Sequence record: MN850590.1
Source: Escherichia phage moha
Reading direction: 5' to 3' (one strand)
Length of the DNA stretch: 64,000 nt
The position numbers and the translations under genes are program-made. Under the pieces are notes generated by a model. The model was given only the letters and a program-made list of their open reading frames with translations. It searched no databases and was not told the origin of the DNA. Below, in pieces: positions 18,026 to 26,940 of this stretch (positions within the stretch are counted from its first letter, which is position 1; every line of letters begins with the position of its first letter).

Positions 18026-18369
18026 CCAAAATGTTGGCTTTAATAGTTGGCTTGGTTTCATTTAATGCTCTTGCTAATACTACATATACTGATGTAACGG
18101 AGTATACAAACAGAACGGCGTCTGATTATTGTGGTAAAAGTCAAGAGTGTAAAGTAGATTTTTCACAAAAATTGTTATATGCGTATAAAGACGGAGAAAA
18201 AGACGGGGCGTCTAGTAGGTTCAAGGCGTCTACCTTAATTAAAAGATACTATAAAAAATGGCAAATATTAGAATGCTCGGTGGCGGAACCTAAAGATAAG
18301 GCAGCATGCAATTCTATGGTGGACCGTCTAGTTGACTCTTATAATAGAGGACTTGCAGCAAGTGATTAA
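18022..18369 (+). CDS. secreted/periplasmic protein
   Basis: 115 aa; N-terminal signal peptide. Confidence 0.75.
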   Translation: MTKMLALIVGLVSFNALANTTYTDVTEYTNRTASDYCGKSQECKVDFSQKLLYAYKDGEKDGASSRFKASTLIKRYYKKWQILECSVAEPKDKAACNSMVDRLVDSYNRGLAASD

Positions 18370-18826
18370 AAACTATATCAAGGGCGATATTGTCGCCCTG
18401 TTTTCTAAAGGTAATAATATTGCTCATGGGTGTAATTGTTTTCATACAATGGGCGCGGGTGTGGCAGGACAATTAGCAAAGGCTTATCCAAAAATTCTGG
18501 AAGCCGATAAACTTCAAACCGAATTCGGAGACGAGTCTAAACTCGGGACTTATTCGGTTTATGAAAAATATTTTAAGACCCATAAAGCTTATTGCTTTAA
18601 TCTTTATACACAGTTTGAGCCGGGACCTAATTTTGAGTACTCTGCTTTAATGAATTGTATAATAGAATTAAATGAATTCGGAAAGAATAAGATAACAAAG
18701 CCTGTAATTTATATGCCAAGAATTGGTGCAGGTATTGGTGGTGGAAACTGGGATGTCATCGAAGAGATTTTAGATACGTATTCCACTAAACTAGAAATTG
18801 TGATTGTTGATTGGGAACCTAAATGA
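18332..18826 (+). CDS. macro-domain protein (ADP-ribose binding/hydrolase fold)
   Basis: 164 aa; GDIVAL..GCNCFHTMGAGVAGQL and IGAGIGGG match macro-domain glycine motifs; start (ATG 18332 or GTG 18362) uncertain. Confidence 0.75.
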   Translation: MTLIIEDLQQVIKNYIKGDIVALFSKGNNIAHGCNCFHTMGAGVAGQLAKAYPKILEADKLQTEFGDESKLGTYSVYEKYFKTHKAYCFNLYTQFEPGPNFEYSALMNCIIELNEFGKNKITKPVIYMPRIGAGIGGGNWDVIEEILDTYSTKLEIVIVDWEPK

Positions 18827-19005
18827 AATTAACTAAAGAAGAGAAAGCTAAACTGTTCGAACTTATCCATGACCTATTGGATGAACAAGCAGCCACCAAT
18901 GCGTATGATGAATATGCTCCTTTAACAGATGAAGAATATCAAGCATTGATGGAATCATTTGACAGGAAAGAACAAGAACTCATTGACTACGTGAATTCAC
19001 TATAA
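18823..19005 (+). CDS. hypothetical acidic protein
   Basis: 60 aa; ATGA overlap. Confidence 0.6.
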   Translation: MKLTKEEKAKLFELIHDLLDEQAATNAYDEYAPLTDEEYQALMESFDRKEQELIDYVNSL

Positions 19006-19014
19006 GGGACTCTT

Positions 19015-19596
19015 ATGGCTAGTTTAATTTTTACCTATGCCGCTATGAACGCTGGTAAGTCTGCTTCATTACTTACTGCCGCACATAACTATAAAGAACG
19101 TGGCATGGGTGTATTAGTTCTTAAACCGGCTATTGATACTCGCGATTCAAAAGGTGAAATAGTCTCTCGTATTGGTATTCGTCAGGACGCCAATATAATT
19201 ACAAAAGACATGGATATCTTTGAATTTTATAAATGGGCTGCAGCACAAAAGGATATTCACTGCGTATTTGTTGACGAAGCTCAGTTCTTAACTACTGAAA
19301 AGGTGTATCAACTTAGTCGTATTGTTGACGTATACAATGTGCCGGTAATGGCATATGGACTACGAACAGATTTTAAAGGTAATCTATTTGAAGGTTCTCA
19401 AGCATTAATGGCTATTGCCGATAAGCTTGTTGAACTTAAAGGTGTCTGTCATTGTGGTAAAAAGGCCACAATGGTAGCTAGAGTCACGGAAGACGGACTT
19501 CCAATTACAGATGGCAGTCAAATTGAAATTGGTGATACCGATAGATATGTGTCATTATGCCGGAAGCATTGGAACGATTTGACAGGGTTGTTATAA
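19015..19596 (+). CDS. tk: thymidine kinase
   Basis: 193 aa; MASLIFTYAAMNAGKSASLL matches T4 Tk; P-loop and CxxC..C zinc site. Confidence 0.95.
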   Translation: MASLIFTYAAMNAGKSASLLTAAHNYKERGMGVLVLKPAIDTRDSKGEIVSRIGIRQDANIITKDMDIFEFYKWAAAQKDIHCVFVDEAQFLTTEKVYQLSRIVDVYNVPVMAYGLRTDFKGNLFEGSQALMAIADKLVELKGVCHCGKKATMVARVTEDGLPITDGSQIEIGDTDRYVSLCRKHWNDLTGLL

Positions 19597-19599
19597 ATA
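19592..19599 (+). promoter_or_regulatory. late promoter box
   Basis: exact TATAAATA 25 bp upstream of next ORF. Confidence 0.5.
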
Positions 19600-19623
19600 C
19601 TAATATCTAACCAAGAGGTATAT

Positions 19624-19836
19624 ATGCAGCAATTAAACGAAAGACAACTTCGTAATCTTACTGTAACCCAATTGGATGAAATCCGAAGAGAATTAGGACA
19701 TTCTATTTCTCATTTAAACGAGGATATCCGTCAAACTGGTTCTAAAGCTGATTATACACGCAAGCGCAAGCTGGAAAAATACCTCACAGATGTTAAGGCC
19801 GTCCAAAGGCGAAAAATAAATACTGGCCAAAATTAA
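19624..19836 (+). CDS. hypothetical protein
   Basis: 70 aa; SD agaggt. Confidence 0.7.
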   Translation: MQQLNERQLRNLTVTQLDEIRRELGHSISHLNEDIRQTGSKADYTRKRKLEKYLTDVKAVQRRKINTGQN

Positions 19837-19848
19837 CAGGAGGCCTAT

Positions 19849-20151
19849 ATGGCCTTAAGAGCGATAGCTGTCATAGCGATGCTGGGGTTTTTTGCAGCAA
19901 CAACTCCTATCGTTGGTACTGCACATATCGACCCATATTTTGATAACTTTATGGAATCAGGGATTAAAAACGTATATACTTTGTTTGAAATTCAAAATGT
20001 CGAGAATTCTGAAAAATTCTATAAGTATATGGCAAAGCATTACAAAAATAGCCCCTGTGATGATGCATTTGAATGTTATGAACAAGGCATAAAAACTGCC
20101 AGACAATTTGCCGAGTTCATGAAAATAAAATTAGAGCCTACATCTATCTAA
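19849..20151 (+). CDS. rI: lysis inhibition regulator RI (antiholin)
   Basis: 100 aa; MALRAIAVIAMLGFF...DPYFDNFMESGI...CDDAFEC resembles T4 RI. Confidence 0.85.
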   Translation: MALRAIAVIAMLGFFAATTPIVGTAHIDPYFDNFMESGIKNVYTLFEIQNVENSEKFYKYMAKHYKNSPCDDAFECYEQGIKTARQFAEFMKIKLEPTSI

Positions 20152-20158
20152 TTTACTA

Positions 20159-20187
20159 GCCCCTTCCGAAAGGTCGGGGCTTTTTGG
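20159..20187 (+). terminator. rho-independent terminator (same sequence as 4946)
   Basis: GCCCC-ttccgaaaggtc-GGGGC TTTTT. Confidence 0.7.
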
Positions 20188-20196
20188 CATCTATCA

Positions 20197-20225
20197 GTTT
20201 ACTTCTCCTCAGGTTGTGTTATAGT
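20197..20225 (+). promoter_or_regulatory. early promoter
   Basis: -35 GTTTAC / 17 bp / -10 TATAGT. Confidence 0.55.
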
Positions 20226-20252
20226 AAACCTTACTTACTAGAGGAGAACGTT

Positions 20253-20432
20253 ATGTCACGTAAAGAAAAAATTTCTAAGTTAATGTTTTTGATTGAAGAG
20301 TACGCTAATGCGGTATCTGATTGGGAAAATGCTCATGGTTGCGAAGATGGAGACATCGACATTAACAGAGCTATGAAAAAGATGGCTGACACCCACACCG
20401 AATTGCAAATGTATGTTAACGAGATTATGTGA
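20253..20432 (+). CDS. hypothetical protein
   Basis: 59 aa from ATG 20253, SD gaggaga. Confidence 0.6.
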   Translation: MSRKEKISKLMFLIEEYANAVSDWENAHGCEDGDIDINRAMKKMADTHTELQMYVNEIM

Positions 20433-20439
20433 GGATATT

Positions 20440-20649
20440 ATGCTTTACGATTATACTGGAAAATCTGAAGACGGTGTACTTGAACTTTTACCTGAAAGCG
20501 CTGAAGATGACGATATGGCGATGGTGATGTTTTGTAAAAATGGTCCTGGGGATAAGGGATGGATTTATCTTCGTCAAGAAAATGACTTAATTGTTTTGGA
20601 CCCTAAACAAGTTGAAGAGCTTTATCAACATTTAAAACACAATCGGTAG
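20440..20649 (+). CDS. hypothetical protein
   Basis: 69 aa from ATG 20440, SD gagga. Confidence 0.6.
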   Translation: MLYDYTGKSEDGVLELLPESAEDDDMAMVMFCKNGPGDKGWIYLRQENDLIVLDPKQVEELYQHLKHNR

Positions 20650-20678
20650 TTTACAACTTGATAGGACTATGTTATAGT
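20649..20678 (+). promoter_or_regulatory. early promoter cassette (PeSL-like)
   Basis: -35 GTTTACA / 17 bp / -10 TATAGT; IR ataggact..agtcctat. Confidence 0.6.
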
Positions 20679-20706
20679 AGTCCTATCAAAACAAATGGAG
20701 AACAAA

Positions 20707-20817
20707 ATGAAACTTTTGCTTATCGCTTATGTTGTAGTACAATACAATTATCCGATGTTTACGTATAACATGGTAAATGGTGTAATGAATCTTATTGAAG
20801 CGAGTATGGTAAAATGA
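20707..20817 (+). CDS. possible 36-aa small ORF (not in ORF track)
   Basis: ATG 8 nt after SD ggaga in the conserved cassette; below length cutoff. Confidence 0.35.
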   Translation: MKLLLIAYVVVQYNYPMFTYNMVNGVMNLIEASMVK

Positions 20818-20914
20818 CCTGTGAAATGGATCTTATTTAATTTTTATAGAAATCAGGTTGATGCTCGTCAGAATGATTTGGTGAATTTTGTTGAAACTTT
20901 AATTGGTGAATAAT

Positions 20915-21445
20915 ATGAAAACTGTAATTGAAACGACTGAGTTGTTTGGTGATTTATGTATCGAAAAACGTGGTTATGCGTACGTTCTGACGCAAGAAGA
21001 TGATGTTGTTACTATTCTTCCTATGGAACTAGACAAGATTTTGAAACTCAATCCACCCGGTCATGCATCTGTAATTAACATTGATGAAGACCTTCAAGTT
21101 CGTTTTTATCACGGACTTTATAGTGGGGTTAATATCGAAACCGAAGATGAATGTTTTTCTATTAATAATTGGAAAACATTTGTCACTAAGGTGAAAGAAT
21201 TCATGGAATCTGAAACAGCCAAAAAGGCCAAACTTCAATGGGCTAAATGCCGTAATGCTTTTATTACAAATCAGGAACGCCCTGACTATACAACAGTCCT
21301 GGGAGTTAATCCTTCTTATGAAGACGGTGATGTCGTAGTTATTCGCCAAATTGATGACCTTCGTCAACATATCATTACATTAGACAAAGATGAGGCAGTT
21401 GCTCTTAAAGCTTATCTCGATTCTATTATCCCAACTTTGAAATAA
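20915..21445 (+). CDS. hypothetical protein
   Basis: 176 aa. Confidence 0.8.
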   Translation: MKTVIETTELFGDLCIEKRGYAYVLTQEDDVVTILPMELDKILKLNPPGHASVINIDEDLQVRFYHGLYSGVNIETEDECFSINNWKTFVTKVKEFMESETAKKAKLQWAKCRNAFITNQERPDYTTVLGVNPSYEDGDVVVIRQIDDLRQHIITLDKDEAVALKAYLDSIIPTLK

Positions 21446-21454
21446 GGAATTATT

Positions 21455-21928
21455 ATGATTATCAATGAAAACTCTTGGCACTTTAAAATTTATGCCGCGT
21501 TCAATAGTACATGGAATCGTCCGAAAACGTTGTGTGCTTATTTTTGGAAAACGTTAATCCCGGTATTGTCTGTTTCAATTATTGGATTTGCGATTTTAGC
21601 AGCAGTCACAATCATTGGCCATGAAATTTTAACTAAATTCTTTGTTTTTAGCAGTCTATGGACATTAGTTCCAGCATCAATTGGTGTAGGCATTTTAATG
21701 GTAGCAGTCATGGCTTTTATTTCTACCGGGTTGGTAATTGGCCCGTCTTGGTTGTTAGACAAATATAACGACAGAAAATATTATAAAGAAATTGAGCTCA
21801 TTGCACAAAACCAAGAACGAATTAAAAATGGACTTGAGCCTATTGAACGTAAGAAATCATTAATAGGCGAATACCTTAAAGCTCGTAAAGAAAAAGTCTG
21901 TCCTACTCTTGAATATAAGGCTAAATGA
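21455..21928 (+). CDS. membrane protein
   Basis: 157 aa; three hydrophobic helices. Confidence 0.8.
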   Translation: MIINENSWHFKIYAAFNSTWNRPKTLCAYFWKTLIPVLSVSIIGFAILAAVTIIGHEILTKFFVFSSLWTLVPASIGVGILMVAVMAFISTGLVIGPSWLLDKYNDRKYYKEIELIAQNQERIKNGLEPIERKKSLIGEYLKARKEKVCPTLEYKAK

Positions 21929-22914
21929 TGAAAACAATTGTGAAAACTTATTTTGGTAGCCACCTTTATGGAACGTCTACCCCAGAATCTGACGTTGATT
22001 TTAAAGAAATTTATGTCCCTCATGCTCGTGATATCTTGACCGGTAACGTTAAAGAACACATGAGCAAGAACACGAATAACACATCTTCTAAGAACACAAA
22101 AGACGACGTGGACCATGAGTTGTATAGTCTCAAATATTTCTTTAAACTAGCTGCGGATGGTGAAACCGTCGCATTAGATATGCTTCACACTCCACAAAGT
22201 CTAGTAGTTAAATCTGATTTGCCTGATGTATGGAAGTATATTCAAGATAACAGGTCTCGTTTCTATACCACTAACATGAAATCTTATTTAGGGTATGTCC
22301 GTAAGCAAGCTTCTAAATACGGTGTCAAGGGTTCTCGACTGGCTGTTCTTCGTCAAGCCCTTAAACGTTCTAATGAATGGGGACAATACTTTGATAATGG
22401 TGCAGTAATTCGTTTATCACATATGAAGAATGTTCTGCCTGTAGGTGAATTTGCTTCGTGGGTTGAAACAGAAAACGAGAAAACAGGTAAGCAAACATTC
22501 TATAATCTGTTAGACCGTAAATTCCAAGATACGTTAACCAATAAAGAGTTCAATGCCATCCTGGTTAAACTGGAAGAGAACTACGGTGAACGTGCTCGTA
22601 AGGCAGAAGCCAACGAAGGTATTGACTGGAAAGCATTGAGTCATGCATGTCGTGGTGGACTTCAACTATTGGAAATTTACAAAACCGGCGACCTGGTTTA
22701 CCCACTTCAGGATGCTCCATTTATTCTCGATGTTAAGCTTGGTAAACATACGTTTAAAACTGTACAAGAATTCCTAGAAGATATCGTTGACCAAGTTGAA
22801 CAAGCATCAGAACAAGCCGCTAAGAACGGTATGCAACAAAAAGTAGATATGAGTTTCTGGGATGATTTCCTTGAGCAAGTCTATCTCGAAAATCATAATT
22901 CTTACTATAAATAA
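21925..22914 (+). CDS. putative nucleotidyltransferase (Pol-beta superfamily motif)
   Basis: 329 aa; GSHLYGTSTPESDVDF fits GS-x(9-13)-DxD. Confidence 0.8.
   Translation: MMKTIVKTYFGSHLYGTSTPESDVDFKEIYVPHARDILTGNVKEHMSKNTNNTSSKNTKDDVDHELYSLKYFFKLAADGETVALDMLHTPQSLVVKSDLPDVWKYIQDNRSRFYTTNMKSYLGYVRKQASKYGVKGSRLAVLRQALKRSNEWGQYFDNGAVIRLSHMKNVLPVGEFASWVETENEKTGKQTFYNLLDRKFQDTLTNKEFNAILVKLEENYGERARKAEANEGIDWKALSHACRGGLQLLEIYKTGDLVYPLQDAPFILDVKLGKHTFKTVQEFLEDIVDQVEQASEQAAKNGMQQKVDMSFWDDFLEQVYLENHNSYYK
22906..22913 (+). promoter_or_regulatory. late promoter box
   Basis: exact TATAAATA upstream of 22946. Confidence 0.5.
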
Positions 22915-22945
22915 ATAGATAAATAACCCTTAACTCGAGGTAAAT

Positions 22946-23212
22946 ATGAAAAAATTAGTAATTGGTTTATTCGCAGTAATGATGGCATTCTCTGTTGGTG
23001 CTACCACAGGTGCAGGAGCTGGTGGTAACCAGTCTTCTGGGCCTTCCAATGGTTCGGTAAATGCATCACATTCTCAGGGTATTGAGAACATTAAATCAAG
23101 CTATATTAATAGCACGGCCGGACAAGCAACTGAAGCATGGTCAAAGGGTCGAGTAGTTACTCGCTCCGTATTCTGTGATATGCCTAATTATGTTGCTAAG
23201 TGCGATAAGTAA
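22946..23212 (+). CDS. secreted protein
   Basis: 88 aa; signal peptide, Gly/Ser-rich. Confidence 0.75.
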   Translation: MKKLVIGLFAVMMAFSVGATTGAGAGGNQSSGPSNGSVNASHSQGIENIKSSYINSTAGQATEAWSKGRVVTRSVFCDMPNYVAKCDK

Positions 23213-23216
23213 ATGT

Positions 23217-23236
23217 GGGGACCTTCGGGTCCCTTT
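23217..23236 (+). terminator. rho-independent terminator
   Basis: GGGGACC-ttcg-GGTCCC TTT. Confidence 0.65.
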
Positions 23237-23263
23237 AGGGGGTTAAAATATTTAAAAAAGTAG

Positions 23264-23291
23264 TGTACATGCTTTTAGGATATGATACTAT
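23264..23291 (+). promoter_or_regulatory. early promoter
   Basis: -35 TGTACA / 16 bp / -10 TACTAT. Confidence 0.45.
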
Positions 23292-23321
23292 AGACCTATC
23301 AAAACAAGAGGAGAAAACAAA

Positions 23322-23540
23322 ATGAAAACCAAAATGTTAGAAATGATTCGTGAAGCAGGTGATAAAGGTCTTATGGTTAACACTCGTGATGCAGACCAAC
23401 GTCAAGCATTCGGTGAACTGAAAGCTAAAGGTCTAGTTAAAGCATCCTTAGGAATAGGTAATGCATTACGAGTCACCTTAACCCCAGCCGGTAAAGCAGT
23501 GTTCTTTCAACCTCTTACCAAAAAATCTCGTCGCAAATAA
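23322..23540 (+). CDS. small basic protein (possible DNA-binding)
   Basis: 72 aa. Confidence 0.7.
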   Translation: MKTKMLEMIREAGDKGLMVNTRDADQRQAFGELKAKGLVKASLGIGNALRVTLTPAGKAVFFQPLTKKSRRK

Positions 23541-23542
23541 TT

Positions 23543-23571
23543 GTTTACTTTTGCTTTAAACATGTTATTAT
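23543..23571 (+). promoter_or_regulatory. early promoter
   Basis: -35 GTTTAC / 17 bp / -10 TATTAT. Confidence 0.55.
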
Positions 23572-23609
23572 AGACCTATCGAAACGAAATGAGTAAATTG
23601 GAGAATAAA

Positions 23610-24590
23610 ATGTTCAACGTTCAAATCAAAAAAGGTATCTATCGTAATAACGAAATCTCTGGTTCTTATGTTGCCACAAAGACCTGGTTCCCGGCAAAGC
23701 TTAATCCTGAATGTTCCCACTTAGGTGACGGTAAAATTTTCGTTATGATTGATGGTTCTGAACGTGGAGTATGGGTCTTCAAATCAGACATCGTAATGGA
23801 AGGAGTTGAGACATCACCAGTTGCAGTTGTTGAAAGCACTGAAGATATGAAAACTCGTATCAACAAACGCTTTAAAGTAATGAACATGATGACGAATGGT
23901 ATTATCGATGGCAAAATTCGTTCACTCATTATTTCAGGTGCAGCCGGTATTGGTAAGACGTATTCTCTGGATAAAGCACTTAATAATGCTAATGATAATG
24001 GTTTCATCAAATACAAAAGCATTAATGGTAAAATCTCTGGTATAGGTCTTTACGAACAACTTTGGCTCAACCGTGATGCAGACAGCGTTCTCTTAATCGA
24101 CGACGTTGACGTATTCTCGGATATGGACATCTTGAACCTTCTTAAAGCAGCATTAGATACCGGTGATAAACGCAAAGTTTGCTGGAGCACTGCATCATCT
24201 TATCTTGATGATAAGGGTATCGATAAAGAATTTGAGTTTGAAGGTACTATCGTTTTCATTACAAACGTTGATATCGATAAAGAGTTAGAACGTGGTTCGA
24301 AACTTGCTCCTCACCTTCAAGCTTTAGTATCTCGTTCAGTATATCTCGATCTTGGAGTACACTCTAATGAAGAGATTATGGTTCGAGTTGAAGATGTAAT
24401 ATTATCTACTGACATGATGCAGAAACGTGGCTTGACTGATGCTGAAACGTACAAAGCATTGTCCTGGATGAAGGCTAACGTATCTCGTCTTCGTAATGTG
24501 TCATTACGTACAGCTCTTTATGTAGCAGATTTTATTTCAACTGATAAAGATGGTTGGGAGGAAATCTCTGAAGTAACTTTACTGAAATAA
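23610..24590 (+). CDS. AAA+ family ATPase
   Basis: 326 aa from ATG 23610; Walker A GAAGIGKT, Walker B LLIDDVD. Confidence 0.85.
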   Translation: MFNVQIKKGIYRNNEISGSYVATKTWFPAKLNPECSHLGDGKIFVMIDGSERGVWVFKSDIVMEGVETSPVAVVESTEDMKTRINKRFKVMNMMTNGIIDGKIRSLIISGAAGIGKTYSLDKALNNANDNGFIKYKSINGKISGIGLYEQLWLNRDADSVLLIDDVDVFSDMDILNLLKAALDTGDKRKVCWSTASSYLDDKGIDKEFEFEGTIVFITNVDIDKELERGSKLAPHLQALVSRSVYLDLGVHSNEEIMVRVEDVILSTDMMQKRGLTDAETYKALSWMKANVSRLRNVSLRTALYVADFISTDKDGWEEISEVTLLK

Positions 24591-24728
24591 GCTTATAGGA
24601 AGTTCTGAGGTAACAAAAGCCATAAAGATGAATAATCATATGGCTTACCTCAAAGAAGGACACCAGGAACCTACTGAGGGCATAGAAATATTTAAAAATA
24701 ATGATGTACAAATCAAAGAGGATATGTT

Positions 24729-25016
24729 ATGGATTTTATGCAAAAAATTAAAGCCGCAGTCGAACTCTATGCTCATCGTATGGTTAGTTCTACAATGCAA
24801 TATAGCGAGGAGGTTCGCCAGGATTCTTCCTTGAAAGGAAAAACTAAAGCCTTAATTACCTTAGACCGTTTGCAAAAGAATGCCATAGAGATGCTCCAGT
24901 ACGACAAGGGTGTATATAAGAAAGAACGGGAAGAGAAACTTAAATCTGAAAAATTACAAAAAATCCCGAAGTCTGTTTGGTTCAGTGGAAAAAATACCGA
25001 AAAAAGTTTCTTTTAG
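24729..25016 (+). CDS. hypothetical protein
   Basis: 95 aa. Confidence 0.6.
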   Translation: MDFMQKIKAAVELYAHRMVSSTMQYSEEVRQDSSLKGKTKALITLDRLQKNAIEMLQYDKGVYKKEREEKLKSEKLQKIPKSVWFSGKNTEKSFF

Positions 25017-25018
25017 TT

Positions 25019-25047
25019 GTTTACAAGGTCTATGGTTATGTTATTAT
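25019..25047 (+). promoter_or_regulatory. early promoter
   Basis: -35 GTTTACA / 16 bp / -10 TATTAT; IR ggtctat..atagacc. Confidence 0.55.
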
Positions 25048-25074
25048 AGACCTATCAACTACTGGAGGTAAAAC

Positions 25075-25602
25075 ATGAACGCTAAAGATATTTTCAACCT
25101 GGTAAATTATAACGACGGTAAATTTAAATCTGAAGCACAAAGCAAGTTCTTTAATGACGTTGCTTATGGTAACGAGATTACCGTGGACGGAGGACAGATT
25201 TTCAAATCTCGTTGGAATTGGATTGTTATCATCGATTCAGTTGGAATTGTGGAAGTCTACAAAAACACTAACAAAAAACGTACATTATTCTGGTCTCGTG
25301 AAACTAACGAGCAGTACAAAAAGGATAAAGCATCTCGTTTATCCAAAGTAACCCAGGAAGATATCGACTTCATCAAGAAAGATATCTTAATGTATGAAAA
25401 TTTAATCGCTGAAGACCAGGCAGTACTCGATAAGTTCGATGAAATTAAAGCTTCTCGAGAAATCCCTGACTTCATGAAAGAAACAGTAAACGAACGTTAC
25501 GCTCTCACTTCAGAACGTATCTTGAACTACACAAAACAGAAAGCAGAACGCATTAGTACTCTTCATAAATTCGAAGAACGTTTAAAGACGGTTCACGCAT
25601 AA
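25075..25602 (+). CDS. hypothetical protein
   Basis: 175 aa. Confidence 0.8.
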   Translation: MNAKDIFNLVNYNDGKFKSEAQSKFFNDVAYGNEITVDGGQIFKSRWNWIVIIDSVGIVEVYKNTNKKRTLFWSRETNEQYKKDKASRLSKVTQEDIDFIKKDILMYENLIAEDQAVLDKFDEIKASREIPDFMKETVNERYALTSERILNYTKQKAERISTLHKFEERLKTVHA

Positions 25603-25664
25603 ACGCTTTACCCAAGGACGGGTTATAATGGTTCTGAGTTCCAATTCAATCTGAGGAAATAGTT

Positions 25665-26636
25665 ATGAGTATTACATCTGATGCAGTAAAACATGAAATT
25701 GCCGGTTTATGTGCTTCACAGATTAAAGTATGGTTTGATGGACATAATGATCGACGTTCACTCAATTATGAGCAAATCGCTATTCAGGTTCACCAATTAC
25801 TGGTTAGTAAATTTGATTTCCACATGCCGTCTGAAATCTATACTAATCTGCCACGAGCAATCATTAAAGCATGTAAAGGCTACGGAAAATCAATGGCAGA
25901 TGGAATCTTCAACGCGTTGAATAAACTTAACGTTCTGTCGATGATTAACTCTAATAATATATTGCGTAATCTCGGACGTACCGATTTGTTTGGACGTGAA
26001 CAGGGTAAAATGCCTTTGAAACAGATTATTGCTCATCTTAACCAGAACCAAACACGTTTTCTGGCTGTAGCAGCTCGCTTACAGACTGGCTTAGACCGAC
26101 AGATGAACTTTAAAACTCATCCACGTTATTCAGGTTCATCTGAGTTCTTTAATTGTGAATTACAAAAAGTTGCTGGTAAAACGGTCTTAGTGGTTCGTGT
26201 AACGTTTGAAGGACGACGTCAAGGATATTTTGACTTAATCGGTTCTGGGCTTAAACACTGTGGATTTATTGACGAAGTTGATATCAAGCGTGACGGCATT
26301 GGATATCGTATTGGGTATGTTTGTACTCTTAAAGAAGAAGAAATTTCAGAACCAGTGCCACCTAAGGTTAAAGCTCCTAAAGAAGTTACATACGATATTA
26401 ACCGAGATGATGCTCTTCAAGGCCTTATTGATGAACTAAACGAGGAAGTTATTCCAGTACAGAAATTTGAATCAAAGCACGCTGAGCAAATCAAATACTT
26501 TGAAGCTTTGATTAACGAACTTAATGTAACTATTCAACAGACCGACGATGAAATCTCACGATTAGCAGGGATGAACGGTAAAAATAAAACAGAACGAGCT
26601 AATCTCATTCAAGTAGTAAAACTTCTTAAGGATTAA
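25665..26636 (+). CDS. hypothetical protein with C-terminal coiled coil (first of three similar-architecture genes)
   Basis: 323 aa. Confidence 0.85.
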   Translation: MSITSDAVKHEIAGLCASQIKVWFDGHNDRRSLNYEQIAIQVHQLLVSKFDFHMPSEIYTNLPRAIIKACKGYGKSMADGIFNALNKLNVLSMINSNNILRNLGRTDLFGREQGKMPLKQIIAHLNQNQTRFLAVAARLQTGLDRQMNFKTHPRYSGSSEFFNCELQKVAGKTVLVVRVTFEGRRQGYFDLIGSGLKHCGFIDEVDIKRDGIGYRIGYVCTLKEEEISEPVPPKVKAPKEVTYDINRDDALQGLIDELNEEVIPVQKFESKHAEQIKYFEALINELNVTIQQTDDEISRLAGMNGKNKTERANLIQVVKLLKD

Positions 26637-26638
26637 TA

Positions 26639-26839
26639 ATGGAAATTATTTGTTTTATTTTTGTATATATTGTGTTAGGGTTCATTATAGTAATGATTGG
26701 ACGAAACCACATGGAAATTAGTTCAGGCGGTGAAGCTGTATTTGCCACATTTATTTGGCCTATTCTTGCTTTATTTGGAATAGTTTGGATTGTATCCTGG
26801 CCTTTAGCTAAACTTTATGAAAAAATATTTAGACTATAA
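26639..26839 (+). CDS. small membrane protein
   Basis: 66 aa, two TM helices. Confidence 0.7.
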   Translation: MEIICFIFVYIVLGFIIVMIGRNHMEISSGGEAVFATFIWPILALFGIVWIVSWPLAKLYEKIFRL

Positions 26840-26858
26840 TACGAAAATTGGAACATGT

Positions 26859-26920
26859 AATGAATGCATTAAAATCATAAAACAGTTTACAACCAAGGAT
26901 GGTTGGAGTATAATAAATCT
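26859..26920 (+). repeat. direct repeat copy A (~62 bp), includes promoter
   Basis: near-identical to 27849-27910 (2 mismatches); begins with AATGAATGCATTAAAATCATAA, which in copy B is the 3' coding end of the upstream gene. Confidence 0.85.
26885..26914 (+). promoter_or_regulatory. early promoter
   Basis: -35 GTTTACA / 17 bp / -10 TATAAT. Confidence 0.6.
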
Positions 26921-26940
26921 TTCAACATGAGGAATACAAA

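Noticed and set aside
24628-24834. 68-aa ORF overlapping the start of 24729-25016
   Set aside because: Out-of-frame overlap with a longer ORF that has the better start context; kept only the longer ORF.
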